DNA of 64,000 nt from Dehalococcoidia bacterium (GTDB lineage Bacteria; Chloroflexota; Dehalococcoidia; Lucifugimonadales; UBA3495): NCBI GenBank assembly GCA_965204905.1, contig OZ242042.1:3382153-3446152 (forward strand), in the 5' to 3' direction. Below, one piece after another: positions 37,107 through 46,558 of the stretch. The notes beneath the pieces were generated by a model. It was not told the origin of the DNA. It saw only the letters and a list, made by a program, of their open reading frames with translations, and searched no databases. A program made the translations under genes and the position numbers. Position 1 is the first letter of the stretch. Every line of letters starts with the position of its first letter.

Positions 37107-37374
37107 GTCGCACCGGCTTGATCATGGGGTGCATCTTGTACGTCACCGGCACATCCACCCATTCGTCCCACGTGTAAGCATCCGGACGCCGCTCACGCAA
37201 CTTCCGAACGGCCTCCAGGTGCCCCTTTAGAGGCCCGTCGGCAATCTCGTAGTCGCCGCTTTTGACGTCGATGACCACGATTTTGCCCTTGTGCTCCGGC
37301 CCCAGGGTAGGGCGGATCTTTTCGTTGTAGATTGCGCGGCCGATAGCCGGCACATCCGCTTTGTTGAACGCCAT
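37099..37374 (-). CDS. Small DUF5678-like partner protein
   Basis: GRAIYNEKIRP...KGKIVVIDVKSGDYEI; overlaps the protease start by 8 nt. Confidence 0.65.
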   Translation of the reverse strand: MAFNKADVPAIGRAIYNEKIRPTLGPEHKGKIVVIDVKSGDYEIADGPLKGHLEAVRKLRERRPDAYTWDEWVDVPVTYKMHPMIKPVRRD

Positions 37375-37460
37375 GATTATCGCTCCGTCCAACATTCTAG
37401 CATGGGGAGACGTCAGCATTGGGGTTGTAACCCGCACAGCAACAGGCGTAGGATGTACCC

Positions 37461-40160
37461 ATGACGCCCGAACATTTCATCGCAACTTGGGACAATACCA
37501 CTCTGAACGAGGAGCAGGGCGCGCAGTCCTGGTTCAACGACCTTTGCGACCTCATCGGCCATCCCAAGCCCCTGGGCGATCTTAACGGCCTGACCTATGC
37601 CTTTGAACATCGCGTCGAAACGGGCAAGGCCGACGCCTACTACGAAAATCATTTCGGCTGGGAGTTCAAGACCCACGAGGGGCAGTTGGACGAGGCCATG
37701 CGCCAGGTGCTTGGCTATTCCATGTACCTGAAAACGCCGCCCCTGCTGGTGGTGTCCGCCTTCAACGTCATCCGCATCCGCACCAACTTTCCCGGCATGG
37801 AAAGCGTACAGCGGGAAATCCGCATCGCCGACCTCGCGGAACCGGACACCCTGGCCGTCGTCCAGCGGATTTTCACCGATCCGGACTGGTTCAACACCGG
37901 CAGGAGCCGCGACGACGTCACCAGGGAAACCGCCGCCCTGTTCCAGGCGGTGAGCAACGACATGGCCCGTTCGGGCTACGGCACTGATCCGTCAAGAATC
38001 CGAGAACTGGCGCAGTACCTCAACCAGATCATATTCTGCCTGTACGCCGAGGACGCCGGGCTGCTGCCCGACGGCGCGTTCACCGGCCTGGTGGTGAACC
38101 AGCGGCGGGAACCGGATCGATTCCGGCAGGGCGCGCGGACACTGTTCGCCGAAATGGATCACGGCGGCCTGTTCGGCCCACAGACCATTGAGCATTTCAA
38201 CGGCGAACTGTTCGCCCACGTTCCCGACGTGACGCTGAACACCGCCGCGCTGGAAAGGCTGGCGGAAGCCGCGACCAAGAACTGGAGCAACATCGAGCCG
38301 TCCATATTCGGCACACTGTTTGAGCGCGCGCTGGGTCTCACCGAGGAACGCGCACCGCTGGGCGCGCACTACACCGGCGAGGCCGACATCCGTCGCGTGG
38401 TTCAGCCGGTCATCATGGACGAACTGCGCCGGGAGTGGGCGGCGGTCAGGGCGGAGGTTGAGGGGGTGGGGCATCTGGAGTCATTCCGCCGTCGCCTCGC
38501 CTCCGTAACCGTCCTCGACCCCGCCTGCGGCAGCGGCAACTTCCTCTACGTGGCCTTGCGCTCCCTGCTGGATTTGGAGCGGGAAGTGATTGACTTCGCC
38601 GCCGCCCGGGGCTGGGCCGACGTCGGCAGGACGCCGCTGGTGAACCCGGCCCAAATGATGGGCCTAGAGGTCAACGAGTACGCGGCGCAACTGGCGAAAA
38701 CCGCCCTGTGGATTGGCTATATCCAGTGGCATCAGGCCAACGGTTTTGCCTACACCAACCGCCCGATACTGGACAACATCGACGGCGTTGAATGTCGGGA
38801 CGCCGCCATTGTTCTCAACGACGCCGGCGAAACTACACGCAAAGCGCAATGGCCCGATGCCGATTACATCATCGGCAACCCGCCGTTTCTGGGCGCAAAG
38901 GATATGCTCACCGAGTTGGGCAACGACTACACCGCTCGTCTGCGCCGGACCTACGCCGCCGAACTGGACGGCGCGGTTGACCTGTGCTGCTACTGGTTTG
39001 AGCAGGCCCGAGCGCAGATTGCCGCGGGCAAGGCCAGGCGCGCCGGCCTGCTGGCGACGCAGGCGATACGGTTCAGCAGCAACCGCCGCACCCTGGAGCG
39101 CATCAAGGAAACCGGCGACATTTTCGCCGCCTACGACGACCTGGAATGGAAACCGGAGGAACCCGGCTCCGCCGCCGTCCACGTGTCCATCGTCTGCTTT
39201 GACGACGGCAGCGAAACCGCAAAAACGCTGAACGGCGGGCCGGCATCCGACATCGACACCCGCCTCACCGACGCTGTGCATCTGGACCGAGCGCAGCCAT
39301 TGCCACAGAACAACGGCATTTGCTTCAGGGGTATCGAGAAAGGCGGCCCACTCGACTTGACGCCGGAACAGGCGTCAATAATGCTGGCCGACAGCAACCC
39401 CAATGGCAAGCCCAACAGCGATGTCCTCAAACGCTACGTCATCGGCAGAGACCTTAACGGCAAGCCACAAGAACGTTGGCTGGTTGACTTTGGCGCTATG
39501 CCCGAATCAGATGCGAAACTATACAACTTGCCATACCAGCATTGTCTAAACTACGTAAAACCAGTTCGAGATAAGAATAAGCGCGAACATCGGAGATTGA
39601 ATTGGTGGTTACTTAACGATGCGACGCCAGCATTGGATGCGGCCCTTGCACCGTTAACGCGGTACATTGGCACCTGTCAGGTGTCCAAGCATCGCTGCTT
39701 CCAGTACATAGATGCCGACAATGCGCCGGATGTAACTATCGTCGCTTTTTGCCGCGAGGATGACTACTTTCTAGGGGTACTGGAAAGCCGTTTCCACAAG
39801 GCTTGGACTGCCGCCATTGGCACACAGTTGCGGGAAAAGGAATCGGGCCGGCGCTACATCATCAGCGAGTGCTTTGAGAAGTTCCCGTTTCCGAGTCCGA
39901 CGGAATCGCAGCGTCAGGCCGTAGCGCAGGCGGCGCGAACCCTGGACGAGCAGCGGCGCAACGTCTGCCAACCCAACGGCAGCTACCGCCGCTCGATGAC
40001 CAGCCTGTACAACGAAAACCCGCCGTGGCTGCAAACCGCCCACGCCGAGCTTGATGCCGCCGTAGCCGACGCCTACGGCTGGCCGGCCGACCTGGCGGAC
40101 GACGAAATACTGCGCCGTTTGGTGCGGCTGAACGTGAGCGGCGGGGCGGGGCGGCCGTAG
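37461..40160 (+). CDS. Type IIG/IIL (MmeI-like) fused restriction-modification enzyme
   Basis: N-terminal ADAY...GWEFK nuclease-like motif, VLDPACGSGNFL motif I, IGNPPF motif IV, C-terminal TRD (GVLESRFHKAW...FEKFPFP). Confidence 0.88.
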   Translation: MTPEHFIATWDNTTLNEEQGAQSWFNDLCDLIGHPKPLGDLNGLTYAFEHRVETGKADAYYENHFGWEFKTHEGQLDEAMRQVLGYSMYLKTPPLLVVSAFNVIRIRTNFPGMESVQREIRIADLAEPDTLAVVQRIFTDPDWFNTGRSRDDVTRETAALFQAVSNDMARSGYGTDPSRIRELAQYLNQIIFCLYAEDAGLLPDGAFTGLVVNQRREPDRFRQGARTLFAEMDHGGLFGPQTIEHFNGELFAHVPDVTLNTAALERLAEAATKNWSNIEPSIFGTLFERALGLTEERAPLGAHYTGEADIRRVVQPVIMDELRREWAAVRAEVEGVGHLESFRRRLASVTVLDPACGSGNFLYVALRSLLDLEREVIDFAAARGWADVGRTPLVNPAQMMGLEVNEYAAQLAKTALWIGYIQWHQANGFAYTNRPILDNIDGVECRDAAIVLNDAGETTRKAQWPDADYIIGNPPFLGAKDMLTELGNDYTARLRRTYAAELDGAVDLCCYWFEQARAQIAAGKARRAGLLATQAIRFSSNRRTLERIKETGDIFAAYDDLEWKPEEPGSAAVHVSIVCFDDGSETAKTLNGGPASDIDTRLTDAVHLDRAQPLPQNNGICFRGIEKGGPLDLTPEQASIMLADSNPNGKPNSDVLKRYVIGRDLNGKPQERWLVDFGAMPESDAKLYNLPYQHCLNYVKPVRDKNKREHRRLNWWLLNDATPALDAALAPLTRYIGTCQVSKHRCFQYIDADNAPDVTIVAFCREDDYFLGVLESRFHKAWTAAIGTQLREKESGRRYIISECFEKFPFPSPTESQRQAVAQAARTLDEQRRNVCQPNGSYRRSMTSLYNENPPWLQTAHAELDAAVADAYGWPADLADDEILRRLVRLNVSGGAGRP

Positions 40161-40218
40161 CCGGGTATAATGGTTGAAAGCAGTCGCAAATGATGCCGAT
40201 GAAATGCGAGATGACGCT

Positions 40219-40605
40219 ATGGCTAATTCCGAAGTGACCGTTGCCGAGTTTTTTGACGACCTGAAGCGTCAACGCCGTGCCGACCCGCCGCAAATGCCGT
40301 CCGCATCAGCGATGATTGAACAGGCAAAAAAAGCCCTGCGCCGGGAGCGGAAGAACGGCCCGGCCCTGCTGTTGGCTGCGGTCAACTACCGCATCGGCGA
40401 GATTGCCCCTGGCGCCAACCCCTGGACGGTCATCAACCGAGTCGCCAAAGCTCGCCAACACGCTGGTATTGCATCGTCATATTCTGCCGTGGTGGAGTTG
40501 AAAGCACAGGCCGATCAACACGGGAGCTACGACCGCGAAGACGCAGAGTTGTGCTACGAGTTGGGCGAAATAGTGCTCTCTCTGCTTGACGAGCACTATG
40601 GCTGA
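40219..40605 (+). CDS. Hypothetical protein A1 of a duplicated two-gene module
   Basis: Aligns with 41145-41531 (LLLAAVNYRIGEI / LLLDALEYRIREI; ELGEIVLSLLDEHYG / DIAEIVICHLDLEYA). Start codon uncertain. Confidence 0.75.
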   Translation: MANSEVTVAEFFDDLKRQRRADPPQMPSASAMIEQAKKALRRERKNGPALLLAAVNYRIGEIAPGANPWTVINRVAKARQHAGIASSYSAVVELKAQADQHGSYDREDAELCYELGEIVLSLLDEHYG

Positions 40606-41029
40606 CCTAGCGGCGGCAGATTACCTCGAATATGCGGAATCGCGGTTGCGCGAAGCAGGCGAACGTGGCGAGAAGGCAATGTCAAACGGCTACGGCCACA
40701 ACCTGGGAGAATTGGCGAAAGTCGCATCGCTGATCTGGGACGGCGTTATGGACGTGCTCTCGGCGCTGACAGCGCTGGACGGCGACACCCCCAACGGACG
40801 CTCATCAGACTTGCGACAGTACGCGCGGCAGATCCTGACCAGGGACGAATACAGCCTATGGCGGGATTTGGCCCGGCTGCATAACTTTCAGCACAAACCG
40901 AACCATCCCGAAACCGTGTTCAGCGCTTCCTGCCGAGGGACAGCTTCCCTGCTGGAATTGTTCAACCAACGGCTGCCGACGCAGCTGCAACTGCCGTCAG
41001 AGTGTTGGGAATGGTTGGCGGGGGTTTAG
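40598..41029 (+). CDS. Hypothetical protein B1, PaREP1/HEPN-like
   Basis: YAESRL...GELAKVASLIWD...ARLHNFQHKP; 8-nt overlap with A1. Confidence 0.75.
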   Translation: MADLAAADYLEYAESRLREAGERGEKAMSNGYGHNLGELAKVASLIWDGVMDVLSALTALDGDTPNGRSSDLRQYARQILTRDEYSLWRDLARLHNFQHKPNHPETVFSASCRGTASLLELFNQRLPTQLQLPSECWEWLAGV

Positions 41030-41144
41030 GGAGTCAAGACGATTTGGCAGGCCGCTCTTGCCAGATGAAAGCGTTGGGTTGGCGCGCGAGTACGATAGAC
41101 GGACGTAACCGACGGTACGGGTTTCTCATTTTGAGGAGTTGGTG

Positions 41145-41531
41145 ATGGTTAGCAATAAGAAATTCCGAGAGAAATTGCAGAAACGGCTGGCCGAAGTACA
41201 ATCGGATCCCACAGAACGCAAGTCCGGCGCGCTGGCCATGCTGGACGCCGCGGAGCAGGCCCATCAACAGGGGCAGCAGAACGCGCCCCGGCTGCTGCTG
41301 GACGCGCTGGAGTATCGCATCCGGGAGATTGACCCCGACCCCGACTCTTGGGCGGCAGCAAAACGCATCGCTATCGAGAAGAATGCCTCCGGTATAAAGT
41401 CCGGCTACTGGGGAGCGATGCTGTTCGAGGAAGACGCTCGGCGTGACGGTTGCTACCACGAGGACGACTGGCGAATGTCCTGGGACATCGCCGAAATCGT
41501 CATCTGCCACCTAGACTTGGAATATGCTTAG
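41145..41531 (+). CDS. Hypothetical protein A2 of the duplicated module
   Basis: RBS gaggag; paralogue of A1. Confidence 0.75.
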   Translation: MVSNKKFREKLQKRLAEVQSDPTERKSGALAMLDAAEQAHQQGQQNAPRLLLDALEYRIREIDPDPDSWAAAKRIAIEKNASGIKSGYWGAMLFEEDARRDGCYHEDDWRMSWDIAEIVICHLDLEYA

Positions 41532-41952
41532 CCTCGCGCCGGCGGATTATGCCGGCTATGCCGAATCGCGCCTGACCGTAGCGTGGCGCCGGTTCGACGC
41601 CACGGAGTCACAACCCTACGCGGAACGACGGGGCGAACTGGCGCAAGTCGCGTCGCTGATTTGGGACGCTACGATAGATCTGGTGTCAGCGTTGGCTTTG
41701 TCGAACGGCGTAAGACTGACTGGCCGGTCGAGCGACATGAGCGATTATGCAAAGCACCAATTGCCGGACATCTACGAGGAGTGGCAAGGCCCGGCCAGGC
41801 TGCACAACTTCCAGCACAAACCCGATCACCCGGAGTCTGGATTTCGGCAATCTTGCCAGTCCGCCGGCGCGCTGCTGCCTATGCTCAACGCAGAGCTGCC
41901 GCCGCATCTACAACTGCCGGCGGACTGCTGGGAATGGCTGGCGGGGGTCTAA
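41524..41952 (+). CDS. Hypothetical protein B2, PaREP1/HEPN-like
   Basis: YAESRL...GELAQVASLIWD...ARLHNFQHKPDHPE...CWEWLAGV; 8-nt overlap with A2. Confidence 0.75.
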   Translation: MLSLAPADYAGYAESRLTVAWRRFDATESQPYAERRGELAQVASLIWDATIDLVSALALSNGVRLTGRSSDMSDYAKHQLPDIYEEWQGPARLHNFQHKPDHPESGFRQSCQSAGALLPMLNAELPPHLQLPADCWEWLAGV

Positions 41953-41998
41953 CTCGCCAAGACATTCACCCGGCTGGACGTCTGCGCGACTCAGTCAA

Positions 41999-43096
41999 AT
42001 GGTTCGCTATATCATCCACGCCGACCTGGACGCTTTCTACGCCGCCGTGGAGCAGCTTGACAATCCCGAGCTGCGCGGCAAGGCGGTGCTGGTCGGCGGC
42101 CGGCCCGAGGGCCGCGGCGTCGTCGCCACCGCATCCTACGAAGCCCGCAAGTTCGGCGTCCACTCGGCCATGCCCATGGCCACGGCGGTGCGGCAGTGTC
42201 CCGAGGGCATCATCGTGCGGCCCCGTTTCGACCGCTACCGCGAGATGTCCGCGCGAATCATGGACATCTTCCGCGACGTTACGCCAATCATCCAGCCGGT
42301 CTCGCTGGACGAAGCCTACCTGGACATCACCGAGGCGTCGGCGCAAACCTCGCCCATCGCCATCGCAATAGACATCAAGAATCGCGTCCGCCACGAAGTC
42401 GGGTTGACCGTCTCCGTAGGGCTGGGAACCGGCAAGTGCGTTGCCAAGATCGCCTCCGATTTCCAGAAGCCCGACGGGTTGGTGGTGGTGCCGGAGGGAG
42501 AGGAAGCGGAGTTCCTCGCCTCACTGCCGGTAAACACGCTGATGGGAGTGGGCCCCAAATCGGCGGCGCGGTTGCGGGACGACGGTATCCACACCATCGG
42601 GCAACTGGCGGCGATGCCCGACAGCTGGTTCACCCGGCGGTTCGGCAAACGCGGCGCGAGCATCAGGGACCGCGCTCGCGGTATCGACGACGAGCCCGTG
42701 CAAACCTCGCGGGAGGCCAAGTCCATCAGCAGCGAGACGACTTTCCCGCAGGATCTGAGCGCAGTCGAGGACATTCGCCCCGTCGTGGAGCGACTGTCGG
42801 GCAGCGTGGCCGATTCGCTCAATCGCAAGGGGCTCACCGGCCGCACCGTTACGGTCAAGATGCGCCTTTCCGATTTCACCACCTTCACCAGGCAGACCAC
42901 CCTTGCGGAACCTACCAACGACAACACTGCCATCCTCGCCACCGCCTGGACCCTGCTGGAACGGGAGATGACGCCCGGCCGGGCCTTCCGGCTGCTGGGC
43001 GTCGGCGTATCCGGCTTTGCGGACGCGGCAGAAAATGATGATCGGGACGCCGCCATCAGGATTACCACGCCTCCGCAACCGCAGTTGCGTTTGTAG
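41999..43096 (+). CDS. dinB: DNA polymerase IV
   Basis: IIHADLDAFYAAVE, SYEARKFGVHSAMP, SLDEAYLD, AKIASDFQKPDG. Confidence 0.93.
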   Translation: MVRYIIHADLDAFYAAVEQLDNPELRGKAVLVGGRPEGRGVVATASYEARKFGVHSAMPMATAVRQCPEGIIVRPRFDRYREMSARIMDIFRDVTPIIQPVSLDEAYLDITEASAQTSPIAIAIDIKNRVRHEVGLTVSVGLGTGKCVAKIASDFQKPDGLVVVPEGEEAEFLASLPVNTLMGVGPKSAARLRDDGIHTIGQLAAMPDSWFTRRFGKRGASIRDRARGIDDEPVQTSREAKSISSETTFPQDLSAVEDIRPVVERLSGSVADSLNRKGLTGRTVTVKMRLSDFTTFTRQTTLAEPTNDNTAILATAWTLLEREMTPGRAFRLLGVGVSGFADAAENDDRDAAIRITTPPQPQLRL

Positions 43097-43165
43097 GGGC
43101 GGCGAGATGCACAGTACAATGCACTCCATCAACGCCGTCGCTGCCACGATTCGGGAGAATCGCTT

Positions 43166-43903
43166 ATGACCACTGTGAAACGTGAAATCCCGCCAGCTTC
43201 CGAAGAGCGATGGACGCCTTATCCCGAATTGCCGCGGGAGCGCAAGGATATGATGCAACTACGGCCCGCCAACTACATTCAGGAGATGTTGCTAAGCATC
43301 CTGACACCGGGCTTCTCATACCACGACCATCCAACCATCTACATCGCCAGCGAAACGCCGATTTACTACGGCGAAAGGGCACCCGGAACGAGCGGCGCCC
43401 TACCCCACGTGATTCCCGACTGCCTGGTGGCCTTTGACGTGGATACTGCGGCCATCTGGGAACGAATCGGCTACGACCCCATACAGAACGGCAAGCCGCC
43501 CGATTTTGTCGTGGAGGTCGCATCCCGGCGAACCTGGCGAAACGACTCCGGGCACAAGCGGAACGTGTACGAGATGGTGGGCGTACCGGAATACTGGCGG
43601 TTTGACCCCACCGGGGGACGGTTCTACGGGCAGGCCATCATCGGCGAGCGGCTGGTCAACGGCCAGTACGAACGGCTACCGATGGTTGAGTACGACGACG
43701 GCAGCGAAGGGGCCACCAGCGCCGTACTGAACCTGAACTTCCGCTGGCGGGAGCGACGGTTCTGGATTCACAACCCCGCTACCGGGGAGGAGTATGAACA
43801 TCCACAAGAAATGGCTGCCCGGCTGGAAGCAGGGAAGGAACGCTTGCAAGCGGAGATCGCTCGACTGGAGGAGGAAAACCGCCGTTTGCGGGGCGAGGGA
43901 TAA
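43166..43903 (+). CDS. Uma2 (DUF820) family protein with a C-terminal coiled coil
   Basis: IPDCLVAF, KPPDFVVEVAS, GVPEYWRFDPTG. Confidence 0.85.
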   Translation: MTTVKREIPPASEERWTPYPELPRERKDMMQLRPANYIQEMLLSILTPGFSYHDHPTIYIASETPIYYGERAPGTSGALPHVIPDCLVAFDVDTAAIWERIGYDPIQNGKPPDFVVEVASRRTWRNDSGHKRNVYEMVGVPEYWRFDPTGGRFYGQAIIGERLVNGQYERLPMVEYDDGSEGATSAVLNLNFRWRERRFWIHNPATGEEYEHPQEMAARLEAGKERLQAEIARLEEENRRLRGEG

Positions 43904-43910
43904 CCGCCGA

Positions 43911-44669
43911 TTACCGGAACAGGTCCTTGTCCGGGTCTCGCACGATGGCGCGGCTGTCGGCGTCCTCCATTCGCTCGTATGGGTAGCCTTTGATCAGCGC
44001 CACCGGCACTCCCAGCAGCTTGCCCGTCACCAGTTCCGCCGTCGCCGCCAACTCGTCGGCCACCGCGATGGTGGTGGTGTGCAGCTCATTGCCGTGAGGG
44101 TCGAACTCGCCCACGTAGCTGATCACCGGGTTGAATCCGGCCACGCCGATGGACACGTTGATCGCCCCGTTGCGCCAGGGCCGGCCGAAAGTATCCGAAA
44201 CCAGCACGGCGGCATCCACGCCCAGGCGTTCGCGGATGGCGTCGCGGATGCGGCGGGCGGATGCGTCCGGGTCAACAGGCAGCAGGCAGATGGCGTTGTC
44301 GCCGGGGATGTTGGAGGCGTCGATGCCGGCGTTGGCGCAGATGTAGCCGTGGTAGGTCTCGCTGATTATCACGCCGCGATCCATCCGCACGACACGGCGG
44401 CTCTCGCGCAGGATCATCTCGGTGTGGCGAGGATCCCGGCGGTGTCCCTCGGTGATCGCCACCGCTAACGGTGACGCTTCCACCTCGTCAATGGTCATCA
44501 CGCGCCCCTCAGCCTTTGAGACGATCTTCTGTGTCACCACCACCACGTCGCCGTCCCCGATGGGCGTGCCCTGGGCAGCGGCGGCGTCAATGATCTGAAC
44601 GGCCAGGTCGTCCCCGGCCTGCACTTCGGGCAGTCCTTCGATTCCAACGGCGCGAATCTCCGGCGGCAT
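43911..44669 (-). CDS. cofE: Coenzyme F420-0:L-glutamate ligase
   Basis: [49 protein letters not shown]. Confidence 0.92.
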   Translation of the reverse strand: MPPEIRAVGIEGLPEVQAGDDLAVQIIDAAAAQGTPIGDGDVVVVTQKIVSKAEGRVMTIDEVEASPLAVAITEGHRRDPRHTEMILRESRRVVRMDRGVIISETYHGYICANAGIDASNIPGDNAICLLPVDPDASARRIRDAIRERLGVDAAVLVSDTFGRPWRNGAINVSIGVAGFNPVISYVGEFDPHGNELHTTTIAVADELAATAELVTGKLLGVPVALIKGYPYERMEDADSRAIVRDPDKDLFR

Positions 44670-44881
44670 GGCGCACCTCTCCAGCACGAATGAATGGCTT
44701 GCTCAGCAGTATGGATACCCTGTTGCTACCAGTGTACCATCCGCGCCGCTGTGACTGTCATTGCGAGCGTTCGCCAAGCGGGTACGCAAGAGTGACGATT
44801 ACCTCTTGCCTCTGTGCCGGCCAGCAGTTTATCATCCTGCCATCATCACAGCTCAACGATTTCTGGATCTCTGGTACATCC

Positions 44882-45661
44882 ATGACGAATCCTATAACAG
44901 AGGTCATGCCTATGTCTGACCTTTTCGCCCAAATTGATGCAACTCAAGAAGACGTCGCCACGGATGGGACGCCCAAAAGACGCAAGTCGCCGGCAGGACA
45001 AGCCACCACCCGGTTGGTGCTCTCCGCCCATGTCGGTAACAACGCCGACGTTTTCCCTCAAATACTGAAGCTCCACGTCCCCATGGGATCGAGAATCGCC
45101 GACGTTACCTACGGAAAAGGGTCATTCTGGCGGCAGGTAAGGACAACGGATTACATCCTGCACACGTCTGACATAGCGGATGGCATCGACTGTCGTGAAC
45201 TCCCATACGACGACAATTCGTTAGATTGCGTTGTGCTGGATCCCCCCTACATGGAAGGATTTTATCGGAAGAACGACTCAGAGAAAGCGGGCGGCGGCAC
45301 TCACCAAGCTTTTAGAGACCATTACTCAAACGGGAGCGAGGAACCTGTTTCCAACGGCGCAAAATGGCACGGAGCTGTGCTTGATATGTACAAGCAAGCT
45401 GGTGCCGAATCTCATCGTGTGTTGCGAAACAAGGGCATACTGATCGTCAAGTGCCAAGACGAAGTGAGCGCCAACCGGCAGCATCTAACGCACGTTGAGA
45501 TAATCAACGAATACGTCCAGATGGGGTTTTATTGCAAGGACCTGTTTATCGTGGTCCGGCCCAACAAACCGGGTGTCAGTCGCATCAAGAAACAGAACCA
45601 TGCGCGGAAGAACCATTCCTACTTCCTGGTCTTTGAGAAAGCATCCCTTCGATCCCGCTGA
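44882..45661 (+). CDS. Amino (m6A/m4C) DNA methyltransferase
   Basis: [10 protein letters not shown]-binding-like motif and LDPPY catalytic motif; composition visibly more AT-rich than the host genes. Confidence 0.8.
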   Translation: MTNPITEVMPMSDLFAQIDATQEDVATDGTPKRRKSPAGQATTRLVLSAHVGNNADVFPQILKLHVPMGSRIADVTYGKGSFWRQVRTTDYILHTSDIADGIDCRELPYDDNSLDCVVLDPPYMEGFYRKNDSEKAGGGTHQAFRDHYSNGSEEPVSNGAKWHGAVLDMYKQAGAESHRVLRNKGILIVKCQDEVSANRQHLTHVEIINEYVQMGFYCKDLFIVVRPNKPGVSRIKKQNHARKNHSYFLVFEKASLRSR

Positions 45662-45673
45662 ACCGGACTATGC

Positions 45674-46489
45674 CTAACTTGTCATCTCATCCAGCAACTC
45701 AAAGAGGTCAGCCCGGAACGGAGGTTGGGGCGGCCATGACACATCCACCATAGTAGCCAGCAAATGCTGCCTTTGGTATTCCGTGTACCGAGAGTATCTG
45801 GACCCAGGCAGATCAGAGTTCTTGGCGAACGAAAAGCGCCATTCATCGCCGAAGGCGAACAAGTTAACCGCCAGAATGTCGAACTCTCCACGCAGCAGGC
45901 AAGTGGTACTCACGGTACTCCCGTCAGGCAACGTTACCTCCCGCCGGTCACTAGCGTCAACTTGGGCTCTGCCAACCCAGCCTTCCGGGGTTCTGCGAAC
46001 TGTAGCAGTCTGGAGAGATTTCGACTCTAGGGTGAACTCTCTTCCTTTGTAAACGGCCACGCGGTCATTGTGGTGAACACGGTCATGGTCATCGTGTTTG
46101 GACACTTCGGAGAACCTTGGGTTCGATAACCAAAGACGTTCCAGCTTCAGCTCGGCCATGTAACCGAGCACCATTCCCCTTAAACTTGGGTTGCTGTCTA
46201 TCAGTTGGGTCAGCTCTTCGTCGGTGAAATTCCATCGGGTCAGTATAGAGCGGATCACGTTCGGCCTATTTCCGCCGATACCGTTGAAAAGACTTCCCGG
46301 TGCAACCCCCAACGCCGATGCCAGCCGCAAAATCGCAGTCAGAGCCGGATTGCGCTCCCCACGCTCAATGCCGCCAATGTACGATCTGTCCAACCCCGCC
46401 GCCTCGGCAAGATTTTCTTGCGTCATTCCAAGAGCCTCGCGCCGATGGCGGACGTTGCACCCAAATATGGGTTTGCCAGAATCGCCCAT
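45674..46489 (-). CDS. XRE/C-protein-type HTH fused to a putative restriction endonuclease
   Basis: Residues 9-70 form an HTH (MTQENLAEAAGLDRSYIGGIERGERNP); the rest has LGYMAE...NDRV...ESKS, compatible with PD-(D/E)XK; convergent with the MTase. Confidence 0.7.
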   Translation of the reverse strand: MGDSGKPIFGCNVRHRREALGMTQENLAEAAGLDRSYIGGIERGERNPALTAILRLASALGVAPGSLFNGIGGNRPNVIRSILTRWNFTDEELTQLIDSNPSLRGMVLGYMAELKLERLWLSNPRFSEVSKHDDHDRVHHNDRVAVYKGREFTLESKSLQTATVRRTPEGWVGRAQVDASDRREVTLPDGSTVSTTCLLRGEFDILAVNLFAFGDEWRFSFAKNSDLPGSRYSRYTEYQRQHLLATMVDVSWPPQPPFRADLFELLDEMTS

Positions 46490-46558
46490 AATCGGGTATT
46501 CTGTTCACGGAAAATGATGATGTCTAGCGACTAATCGTACCATTGGAGGGACACCGCC

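Noticed and set aside
46490-46558. C-box operator upstream of the HTH-nuclease fusion
   Set aside because: Only a partial gtc-tagc-gac symmetry is present, too weak to call.
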